NCBI GenBank assembly: GCA_036172245.1
Contig: JAYWIR010000001.1
Location: 6,138,001 to 6,202,000 of the forward strand
Direction: 5' to 3'
Source: Raillietiella orientalis
Taxonomy: Eukaryota
Length of the DNA: 64,000 bases
This document shows positions 12,076-22,799 of the stretch, piece by piece. The position numbers were made by a program, and so were the translations under genes. A model generated the notes under the pieces. The model saw only the letters and a list, made by a program, of their open reading frames with translations, was not told the DNA's origin and did no database searches. Numbering within the stretch: position 1 is the stretch's first letter; every line of letters starts with the position of its first letter.

Positions 12076-13964
12076 GCCCACCCCTTCTAGTTGACGACGC
12101 GCGGCATCAAGCGTCGCGGGTTCGAATTCACCCTCGGAGGGTCGATGCCGAGAACGGAGGGTGCGTCGTGGGTTTTGAGCCCTCTCCACTCCCACCCGCA
12201 AAATGGCGCGGGTCGGTCCGCGGACTTCGGGTATGGCGCCGGAGTGACGCTTGGAGACCGGGTGCCCCCACTGACTGGCTGGAATTGGTAGTAGGCCCTC
12301 CGGGGTCTTTCCAGGAGTCGTGGTGACCTTCGGGGGTTCTGCTGCCGTGTGTTGGAAGCGTGCCCTCTTGAGAGGAAGCTGGAAGCATTCCCTTCGGGTC
12401 CCCCTTCGGAGACGAACAGGGAGAGGGAGGATTCCTTCCAAGAGTAAAGAGGGAACGGTCCCTTCGCCGGAGGTTTCTTCCTGTCCGAGGTACCAGCATC
12501 CTCCGGTGGCGTCGACGGCGTTCGAAGAGCTTTGTGAGTCACCATATGGCGGCATCGTCGACCCTCTCCAATGCCCTTAGGGGATGAGCGGTTCTTAGAG
12601 AGCCGAAGAAACAGAAGCTGGAAGGAAAAGCAGCGCACAGGAGAACTCCATTCCGGGAATTGAGAACGTGGGTCCATCGCCGGAGCTCCGTGCTGGTTTC
12701 CGCTGGGGCGGTTGCCCTTCCCCGTTGGCGCCTCCGGGAAGCTCCGGCGAATACGCAGCTCCAGGACAGCCCGGAACCCGGAGGGAGGGAAGGGACGGGG
12801 GGATGGGGGGAAGAGACGAGCCGATTGATGCACTCCCGTGCGGAGCCTCCGTCCTCTCACTCAAGGCTTTCTTTCCGTCCGTCCGGGATTGTTGTTTTCA
12901 TTGTTGCTTTTATTTTTTTACCCTGCCTATTTTTATCGCAACGGTTATTTTTATCTTTCCCAATGTGTTGCACGTGCTCGAGGCGAGCCTGAAGAAAAAA
13001 AAGGACGAGGAAGAGTTTATCCATAGGGGGGACAGCAGTTGTTTCGGAGGGGGGGGGGGGAGATAAAACCTGCCGGGAGCGACTGTGTCAACAAAACGTT
13101 CGGGGAGGGAGGAGGAGGGGGGGGGAGGCGGCGGACAAACACGAGAAACGGGGAAGCGCGAAGATGCTGAGAGACGCATCCCGCAGATTTATGTGCGTGG
13201 TGCCTAACTAGCAGCGGATGCGAGGAGATGGGTTCATTTAGGGAGCTGACGACAAAATGCTCTCTGCTGCATGGCGCGCGGTTCCGAGGACCGCCCTCTG
13301 AAGATGGGGACGAGATGAGCGCCGCTCCGAAACTGCGGATGGAGGAGGGCGGGCGGGGGGGGGGAGTTGAGCCGGAATAAAAATAAAGCAAAGGGAGATG
13401 CAGACGAGCTCATGCGAGATGCGGCTCGAACGTCGGAGACAACGGCTGGTGGAATGGGGGTCGCGTTCGTTAAGAGACGATAAATGTTCCCCATCTTTCA
13501 CGGCGAGGTTACGTAAACTCGGAACGTTGGAATGATGCACAACGCAGGGGCCACGCCGTCTTCGGGCTGCAAACGGAGTTACACAGAGAGAGGGGGAGGG
13601 GGGGGGGAAGAAAATCCGAATCCCAGCTCCGAGGTCGCGAGTGTTCCGCAAACAGGCGTGGATCGATTTACGGCGAGGATCACTCCCGAATGTGGCTTAA
13701 AGACCCGTCACGGGAGCTGAGGAACAAAAATGCAAACATTTGAGCAGTTTCTTTTCTTTTTGTAATCTGTTTTTTTTTTCCCCTTCTTCCCCCCCCCCCC
13801 CTCCCCAGAATTTCATGACTTTTCTCAGTGCCTGACTTTTCCAGGATGTTTTCAAGTTCGCAAGGAATAATCGGTGGTGCGCCAAGTCGCACGCCTCCGG
13901 CTTGCAGGTCTCCGCGGTCGGATGGCCCCCCCTCCGCACCTTTTGTTGCGGGCTGCGATTCCCT

Positions 13965-14772
13965 CCTGGAAGCTGACACGAACGCTGCGATCCCGAGCAC
14001 CTTCCCACGAAGAATTCAGCGCTGGGGCGAGCTGCCCGGTACTCCCAGCGAAGACCTGAAGTGGCCCCAGGTATTCGTGGACAGCAGCCCCCTCCCCCTG
14101 GAGTGGCAGCAGTAGGGAGGCACTTCTGCTGTTACACTGGGGTCTCCCGTGCAACTCCCGCCGCTCTCACTGGACCCGGGGGACCGTGGGCCCCAACTGC
14201 TGCAGCTGCGGGGGGTGCGGGAATCCCAGCTCCCGCACCTGCTCGCAGACTGTGTTGCCCTCCGGCCCCATTGGTTGCGCTGCGCAACGGCCCTCGGTGC
14301 ACCCATGGACAATCCCAGCCGACGTGACGAGGCGCCTCTTCGTGCACGACGCCCTTTCGCCTGCCGCACCCCCAGCAGCTCTTTGCTGCCCGCACAGGAT
14401 TGGGCAGGTCTGGAGCTGCGCGAGAGGAAGACGCCATCTGCTTCGCCCTACGCTTCCTGCGGACGGCAGCAAAGAGCTAGGCCCCACCCGGGGCATAGCT
14501 CGGGCGGGGCTTGCCGGCATCCTGGGAAGGATGCGGAGAGTGCCCTCCGGCGGACAGCAATCTGCTCCCCCCCCCCAGAGTTTTCCTTTATTATTGATTG
14601 TTTTTGATTTTTGATTTCGTTTGCGCCTTCCCCCCCGCTGCCGAGTCGAACCTCGCCGACCCGCGTGCCGGTTGCCCGGCGGGCTCCGAGCATTTTCGCA
14701 CAATGTAGGGCCGATGGCCCTACACAGTATGTTTATTTTTTGTACGAAGCGTCCAAGCGTGACCGGGCGATA
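13965..14772 (+). mobile_element. Family A LINE 3' fragment
   Basis: RWGELPGTPSEDLKWP...LEWQQ*...RESQLPHLLADCVALR; 3' UTR; terminal AAGCGTCCAAGCGTGACCGGGCGATAA; 14092-14726 is nearly identical to 44683-44049. Confidence 0.88.
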
Positions 14773-14815
14773 AACCAATGCAACATCAGCAACGCCACCT
14801 TTTGTCACTTGTGGT

Positions 14816-15463
14816 TTATCACCAGGATTTGCCGGGGCATTTATTATAATAATAATACAGATGCAATTAAATGTTCATGTGGTTCACTACGCCATTGCAG
14901 CTTGTCGGTCACCGCTCTGTAGACAGGCGAGATCCGTTTCCGCGACGAAGGGAGAGGGAAGAAACGAAGAAAATGGGGAGAGGTGTTTGTTCGGAAGGGG
15001 GAGGCGGGGAAGGGATCGCTTGCCGCCTGGCTTGCCGTCCTGTGCATCCTTTCCAGGATGCTGACAAGTTGTAGTCCTTTGTTTCCCAAGTAGGACCATC
15101 TCGATGCGGTCCTAAGAAAGATCCGCTCCAGTGGATGGCGTCCCTGCCATTCTGACCTCTTCTCGTCGCGTTCCAGTCCTCCAGGATTCCGCGAATGCAG
15201 CAGAGAACTGCTAAGGACGCGGCTGGCGGAAGAAGGGAACGGACGAAGAGGTGGCTGAAAATGTTTCTGGGGTCACCTCCAGGAATATCAAGGATTGTCG
15301 ACAGACCATCGCAGAGGTATCATCCGAGGGCGGCATAGTCCAGTAGAAGGTGCGGCGAAGTCTCTTTGTCACCGCGCATTTCACAATGGGCATCGACTCT
15401 CCCCCGTGTCCGGTGATGGCGGCGCGCCTTCCCCAATGCAAAACCAGCAACGTCACCTCCTGC
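14816..15463 (-). mobile_element. Family A LINE 3' fragment inserted into another family A copy
   Basis: KWQEVTLLVLHWG and HCEMRGDKETSPHLLLDY; terminal motif at 14820-14845; flanking duplication CACTTGTGGT at 14806-14815 and 15464-15473. Confidence 0.75.
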
Positions 15464-15549
15464 CACTTGTGGTAGGACCGCACGTCTTACCACGATAGTT
15501 GCCAGTTTATTCCTGATCTCAATAAACGCCTCGGCGTTACCGGGTGGCA

Positions 15550-16200
15550 CAGCACCCGGAAGACACTGCCCGAGCGCATGCCGTGGCGGCGATTCCTCAC
15601 GCGCGACGAACTCCCCTCAGCAGGACCCCCGCGATTGAGACGAAATGCCGCCTCCGCGCCATCGTCACGGCCCGCCGCGCGCTCGAGAGCAGAGAAGCAG
15701 GGAGGGGAAGGTCACCCGCATGGCGGCTGCTCATATGTGAGGGTGGACGCCCGCGAGGCGACGGCCTCAACCTACACAAACAAGTTGGCATTCTGTGCCA
15801 AATGGAGAGTCCTGCGCCAAAGATGCCCTGTCCTCACCTCCTCCCTTTATTTATTTCTCTTGTCCTCTTCCTTCCCGCTCCAGACTGATCCAGTGACTGC
15901 CTACGCCAGAGCGCCTGCGAGGTGGCCGCTCACCTGTAGGAAGAAGTTAAATCGGAGATGCCCAGCATCTGGCGCAGACACTGGAGTCCAGGGAGGGGCC
16001 GCCAACGCCAAAGCCCCCCCCCCCCCATCCTCCCTTTATTTATATATGTTGCCCTCTTCTCTCCTGCTCCGGACTCCAAGTGACCGATCTGAATGTCGGC
16101 GGACGCTTCCCCCTCCCCCCCCTTTTTTCTTTTGTTTTGCTGCGCTCCCTACGTGTTCGTTAATCCTCGTGAAAGGAATGCCCTCTAGGGCGACCGGGTG
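15550..16200 (+). mobile_element. Degenerate family B-like LINE 3' end
   Basis: WRRFLTRDE and TKCRLRAIVTARRALE; T-rich UTR; degenerate terminus GAATGCCCTCTAGGGCGACCGGGTG at ~16176-16200. Confidence 0.6.
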
Positions 16201-17191
16201 AAACAAATCTCCTACAAAACCAAAGCAGCGGAAGACCCCATGCACTTTTGCAAACACTGTGCTCAGTATTCCTGCACGAAAAACTTTAGGGATGACTGCT
16301 GTCACGTTGTCAAGTCGCTTGTGAGGCTGTACACTGGGCTGGGGTCACTGGTCTCCGGAAGTGGGGAGGTCACTCGCTCGGGCAATATGCTCCATCTTCA
16401 AGATGCAGAGGCACGCCCAGGAGGGTACTGTGCCACAGTTTCTGATCTCAGTCCCCCTCTGTATCACCGGAAACAGTGGTCTTGCCTCTAGCGTACAAGG
16501 GACCACAGATGGGTGTGTACATACATTTAATGTACGTGGAGACTCCCCTCGAAACCGTCCTGGCTCCGAGCAGGATCAGTTTCGAGTAGCTCACCCGACA
16601 CGGTATCGAGACCGCGGGCGCGGGACTGGCGGGGGCGGGAAGCGAGGACCGAGGAAGCAGCTGACGCAGGGAGAGAGACGAAAGGGAACGGGGAGGGGCG
16701 TCCCTATTGGGTCGCGTCGCGGCAAACGCCCAGAGACTAGGGGGAAGCGCGAACCCTCGTGGATCTCGAGGCGCTGTCGATGAGAGCGGGGCGGCCCCAC
16801 CTGGCCGCAACGTGTGGCGCGGTTGCCCTGAGGAGACGCCGTCGTCCGCTTCCTTGATCTGGGAGATGCCCACCGCCGCACTCGGTCCAGTTCTCCCCAT
16901 TTTTGGCGTACCAAGGTCAAGGCTTTTTCGCCCTTCCCCTCCGTCGTCCGGGAACGGAAACCCCGACGGCTCCTTCCCACTCGGAACGGCAGGAGGACGA
17001 TAGGGAGGGAGGGGAACGCGCGAACTTCACGCCGCGCGCGGCTGCATAGATGCAGCCCGCGTTTTCGCGAAGGTCGCGACCGATCCGCTTGGCCGCCGCC
17101 AAGAGGGCATCTGTCCTCGTCTTCCGTGCTTTTGCGGTGCCACAGCCCGGGCGCCCGCTTCGTCAGGAGTGCCGCCCATTTCGCCTTGGCT

Positions 17192-18244
17192 CGACACCCG
17201 GTTGCGTCGAGGCGTTTACTTATTCAAAATAAACTCATGGGTCGGTGGCAGGACGCTCGGTCCTGCCACGTTACAAGTGTAACCGTGGCAACCACGCGGG
17301 CCGACGAGGTGGTTCGCCTCGGCAGCAGAAGGGGGACAAACAAAAATAAAGATAAACACAAAAACTGCAGTGGTTCCTCGGTACTCGACGGTGTCGGAAC
17401 TCGTCAAACTCAGCACTCGTCGCATTTCGACAGGAAAAAAAAAAAGAAAAGAAAGTTCCGACACTCTGCGCATGCTCGGAGCCCGACACACCCCACTCCC
17501 CTCATGACGAAACGACTGAACGTCTTCGTCTCGCGGCAGCTCGCGAACACTGCCTATTACGAACACTCCCACGGAGTGCTTCCCGAATCGTTCCTTTTTT
17601 GTGTGCTTTCTGCGCACTGTCAGCGTTAATCAAGGTACGGTACTCGTCCGGTACTCGTCGGCTTCGGCACTCGTCGCGAGTTCCGGAACGAATTGCCGAC
17701 GAGTACCGAGGTACCACGGTGTATAAAAAAGTTTGGAGGAATCGGGAAGGGGTTACAGATAGCTGGAGGGCGTCCTCTGCATCCTTTGCAGGATGCCGGA
17801 AAGTTTATGTTTCAAGATCACCAGATGGGGCCATCTTGACGCTACCCTCAGGAAGAGGACCGCCAAATAGATGGCGGCGTCCCTATCGTCCTGGCCTCCT
17901 CTGGCATTGCTCCATGCAGCCACGACCCTGCGTAGGCAGCAAAGTGCTGCCAGGGGTGCGGCCCGCCGGCGTGGGGGCGTCGCGCAGGACGAGGCGCTTC
18001 AGAACGTCCCCAAGGATAGGCAGGGGCATTCCCACAGGGAGCGGAGGGCAACGCAATCCATGGGCAGGTGAGAGAGGGACTCCCTCTTTCTCCGCACCTG
18101 CTGCAGTTGCGGCTCGCACTCTCTCCCTATGGTCCAGCGACGTCGGCGGGCGTTGCACAAGAGACCCCGATGCAACAGCAAGATCGCCGACTTTTGCCCC
18201 CCACTTTAGGGGGAGGGTCGCACTGTTCCAGCACCCTGGAGGTT
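17192..18244 (-). mobile_element. 5'-truncated family A LINE 3' end with a MITE in its 3' UTR
   Basis: Coding part about 97% identical (count by eye) to 11391-11865; terminal motif at 17195-17220; imperfect TSD CCCA(C)TTTCGCCTTG(G/A)CT at 17175-17191 and 18245-18262. Confidence 0.85.
17368..17721. mobile_element. MITE, possibly Tc1/mariner-derived
   Basis: Terminal inverted repeats CAGTGGTTCCTCGGTACTCGACGG and CCGACGAGTACCGAGGTACCACGG (21/24). Several internal ACTCGTC repeats, TA on the right flank. It interrupts the T-rich UTR of a LINE copy whose two halves rejoin. Confidence 0.7.
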
Positions 18245-19144
18245 CCCACTTTCGCCTTGACTTGGCGACGGAGCAAAGTCTGCTCTTGGCCCTGCGTGAA
18301 AGGGTGGCCCCACGCGGAGCAGCACGTGATTGGCCACTGCAGGGTCTACCCAGCTCCACGTTTCCCCTCGACCCGAGGCTAGCGCTGGAGGGGTAGCTTT
18401 TTATGTTTCATTTTCGAAAATCAATGCGATTTATGCTTTTAGAAGGTTTCCATGGACACTTTTTCTTGGAACATTCTGGACTGCTACCAAACCACAGATA
18501 AAAAGAAGTGGATCGCTTGGAACTTCAGCAGGTTTCTTTAGAACCCTCCGGCCGATTTGACAGGTCTAGTTGGCATGGAGCCGGTATTGGGATTATACCA
18601 GGCCATTCATGACGCAGGTTGACCCGTGTCGCGCGTAATCTCTTGGATGAGGCACGTTGCGATGAGGGAGTCATCGTTCTCCGCGGCACAGTGGGTGGGG
18701 CCGACCGGTGCCCTGGGTCACACGCTGCTGACTCGCTAGCAAGAAGCTTGCTTGTGCGTTACGCCGAGTGCCCAACCGTATGACTTCCAGGGCTGTCAGG
18801 AGCACCGGTGCGCACCTGGTTTGGGGGTGCCAAAGTTCGCAGCAGAGGAGACGCGCCACGAACTTTGACGCTCAACGACAGATGTCAGGGCAGTTCGTTC
18901 CGCACGCAGCAAAAACGACCAGATGAGGCGGACCCGTTGGTCGTGACCTCTTCTGGGGTTCGGCTGCAACTTTTGGGGTCTTCCCCAGGCCAACCTGCGC
19001 GGGATTCGAACCTGCGACGCCTGGCACCTCTGCGCGCAGAGACGGCCGCCAACGCAGGCAGCTCGACGCCGGTGCAAGCGGGAAGCCGTCCTTCCGCCCG
19101 CGAAGGACTCCCACGACCGTCCGGGTCACGGGAAAGTCAAAGGA

Positions 19145-19533
19145 CCCTCTTGGGCCTGCTTGGGCGGCGCGGCGGGAGCAGCCCACTCGAAGCCGCTGCC
19201 CATTTCCAGCATCGACGGTCCGTGTTTGGCACCTCCGACAAGAAGAGGGCAACCTCGACGCGGCCCCCCAGCTGTGCAGGTCGCAGGCTGGCGGCCGCGC
19301 TTCCCTGCCTTCCGCAGCAGCGGAAGCGGCCCTACGAAATACCCACCCACGAACGGATGCGTGCAGCAAGACGTCCCGTTCGCTGCATCGGCGTAAGGCG
19401 CAACGGGAACAGACGGGAGGAGGGAAGAACGGAAGGGCCGGCGACGGCGGCGATTCCGCACGCCCGCAGCGGGGAAGGGCCGCCTTCCCGGACGGCGGCC
19501 CTTCCCGGCACGGCGCGCGCGCACCGAGCCGCC
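19145..19533 (+). repeat. Dispersed repeat of ~390 bp, copy 1
   Basis: Reverse complement of ~45492-45884 with only a few mismatches; identical peptides in the ORF track. Confidence 0.9.
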
Positions 19534-19649
19534 TCTCGCGGACGCGGAAGGCCGTGTGGCTGGAAGGGGGGGGGGCCGCCACCGCGCTGCGAAACCACGC
19601 GCGTGCCTCGACCACACGGCTCAGAATCCCGAAAGAGCATACGAAATGA

Positions 19650-20440
19650 GCACATAAATTACACACAAATTGAAAGGATGTATACACATTTTATGTACAG
19701 ATATAGAAGTTCATCTTTAGATGCATAGCCATTCCTATTTATTATCGTGCATGTTATTAGCGGTAACATTATTGGAACAGATCTATTTCTTACGATCCAA
19801 TAAATAATATTATTAATAAAATTAATATGTTGTTGATCATATTGTTGAAATATACATTAAAGATTCTAAAAAAATAGTATACATGCTCATTATATATTTT
19901 GGTACATCTATTTATATGAAGATTAATATATAAACTCAAATAAATGTTATGGAGATTATAAAAATAAATATATACGATTATTCCACACGGATTCATATTT
20001 ATGAAGTTCACATATATTCTACACAAATTTATGTATATTCACGTAAATTTGTGAATATACGTAGTCACCCCTGTTTATGAACTACATATTATCAACGGTG
20101 GCACCTTTGGAACGGATGTACTCATTAACATTCAATGGCATGCATTTTATTAATAAAATTAGGAAGTTGTTGATTGTATTGTTGACGTATATATCATGTG
20201 GTCAATAAAAATAAATACATATTCGCTTATTGTATGTATTGATGAATATATATGTGTACATATAAAGATTAATATATAAATTAAAATGTACGTTATGAAG
20301 ATTGTAACAAGTGGATATGTATGATTATTATACGTATTGATGTATACAATAAGCATAGATACTTATTTTTATAATATACACGAATCCATACATCAATCCT
20401 TATGTAAATGTACACATCGATGCATTTAATGTAGTTTTCA
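19650..20440. other. AT-rich low-complexity island
   Basis: Abrupt drop in GC content, TA/TG-rich, with a small hairpin at 20030-20063. Confidence 0.8.
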
Positions 20441-20542
20441 TGATCGGTCGGTCGGTTCGTGGTTTCTCAAGCGCGAACGGACAGCCTTGGGGGGAGCCGC
20501 GCGGGTGCTCAGCGATTCCCTGGTTCGAGTGCCGAGGGGCAT

Positions 20543-21350
20543 TTCTACCCGGGTGCGCCAGGGCGTTTACTTCATAACCACGAGCATTCATAATGTGTGT
20601 GGCGAAACCGGTGGTCCAACCACGTCCATCTCCAAGGGAACCTGCCGAGTTGCCGGTACGCGCACCCGCGAGGCCCACCAAGGCAGCAGAACGGAGGAGG
20701 GCAAACAAAATGATGAAAGAAGAAGCAAAAGTGAAAATAAATAAATAAGTAAATAAAATTGGGGGTGAGGTGGGGTGCGGGAAGGGATCACGCCCTGCTG
20801 GGGGCGGTCCTCCGCATCCTTTCGAGGATGCCCGCAAGCTTTTTCTGGATGCTGCTCTCGAGGTGGGGCCATCTGTTGCCACCCTCGTGAATCGGACGGC
20901 GAAGTGGATGTGGCACCCCTGTCGCTGTGGCACCCTCCTCTTGCGTGACTCCAGGCAGCTGCAATCCCGTGAAGGCAGACGGGAGCTTCCAGAGAGGCTG
21001 CTGCTGGCCGAAGGGCGTCACGTAGGAGGAGGGGTCTTGATGAGTCCCTGGGGTCGCCTCCGGGGGCTTCCTAGGGTCGCGGCAAAGCCGCAGGGCGACA
21101 GCACAATCCACAAGCAGGTGCGGGAGGGATTCGCGCTCCCCGCGTCGGCCGCAGTTCGGGTCCATCCTCCCCACCCTTCCATGTCCAGTGATGCTGGCGG
21201 GCGTTGCACGAGAGACCCCAGCAGCAACGCCGACTCCTGCCACTTGGAGTAAGGGGTCCACGAGCACTGGGGGCCACCGCAGATCTTCCTCTGGAATATG
21301 CAGCAGCTCGCCCCAGGGCAAACGTTCTCGAGGTGGGGCAGTCGGGCTCA
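20543..21350 (-). mobile_element. Family A LINE 3' fragment
   Basis: WGELLHIPEEDLRWPP...PNCGRRGERESLPHLLVDC...LAGILERM; UTR stem-loop; terminal GTAAACGCCCTGGCGCACCCGGGTAG. Confidence 0.85.
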
Positions 21351-22799
21351 GTCAGTCACCCAGTCCTCTACTCCTACCGGAGATTTCGACGGTGACCTTT
21401 CATCCAGCCGGAAGGCTGCTGGTGTTTTCTGAGAGCGCAGGAGGAAGGGAGCGGGTCGCATTACGGTGGTCACCGATGGAAGTGGCCCTCCCTCAGGAGA
21501 GCGCGACGATTCGCCGCAACACCAAGCCGGTTGGTGATGGGTCAGCGGAACGGGGCGGGTGATCCTCTGTGTGCTCGACGGAGGTGGCTCCCGGGAGGCC
21601 CCGGGGGGAAGAGGTTCATGCTCTCGAAGACTGGGAGTCAGCGGAGGCTGGGGCGAACGCTCCTCCGCTGTCAGAAGGGCTGCGTCTCTCCCTGGTGGTG
21701 CCAGGAGGCGCCTTCACGGCTGTTGCCAGCACCCCCTCCCCTGCCCCTCCTCAGCCTCTGCACTCGGGGGAGAGACCGGAAATGGAAATTGAGCCACCGA
21801 GTGGGAGGAGGGAGATGAGTATCACCTCATAGCGGTGGGTGGCGCCGCCTTGGGCTCCATCGTCATCCGGAGAACGCGCTTTCCTTAGCCCAGGAGTGCG
21901 CCCGCCCCTTCCCTCCACGCACGGCCGTGGCCGTGCGGACGACGCCGGCCGTCGGCTCATCGTCAGCCTCTGCCGATGAGCGGTCGGCGCGGCTTCCCTG
22001 CGGCGCGAAGAAACGCTGTGGGTTCTGGCGGTGCCGCCGGACTCGTCGGCTCCACCCCCGCTCCCCGCCCCACCCCACCACCTCCCCCTCGACTTCGAAC
22101 GATGCTAGCTGACGTGCAGCTCCGCGAGTTTTCGTCCGGGGCGCCCCTCAGAGGATCGCCCCGGCAGCAGCCATCACGCATGGCGCACGAGGCCAAAGTG
22201 CGCCAAGAGGGGGGGGGGGGGAAGGGGACCACTGCGGGCCTCGCCGCGCGCGTGCCCACTCCGGTCGGCCGCCTCCTGCCCGGGAGCCGAGTTTTGTCGA
22301 TAGCGGAGCGCTCGCTCTGCTGCTTTCGGCCGGATTCGCGTGCGTGCGCGGGGTCCGCATTGACAGGGGGCCCCAGCAGCATAAATTGTAAAAGAAATCG
22401 GGGAGGAGGGAGGGGGGGAGAGAAAAGCCAAGGGGGGAGAGAGAGAAAAAAAAGGAGGGGCTGAATTTATTCACATCCGAATGGGGAATCAAACACATCG
22501 TTAAGATGAAACGGCAATCTGCGTGGGAATCACTTGGGCCGCCTGAAGACGCTGCTGGAGTTGAGCCGCCACACGTATGGGCCTGAGTTATGGGGCTGGA
22601 GAACGCCTGCGCGCCGCAGCTCGCATCTTCCTCAGACCGAGATGAAATACGCCTCCTCCGCCGTGTCCCCAAAGAGGAGGCTGTCTGTAGGTCGACCACA
22701 CGCAAGTCGGATATTCCCAAAGAGGAGGAAGAGGACCGCGGGCTGCCGAGCACCCGCTGCACACCGCTGGTGTCCTACAGCGATGCGGAACAACCGAAA

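Noticed and set aside
18995..19020. tRNA B-box-like GGTTCGAATCC on the minus strand (similar at ~9965 and ~12119)
   Set aside because: No A box or cloverleaf could be built, so neither a tRNA nor a SINE is called.
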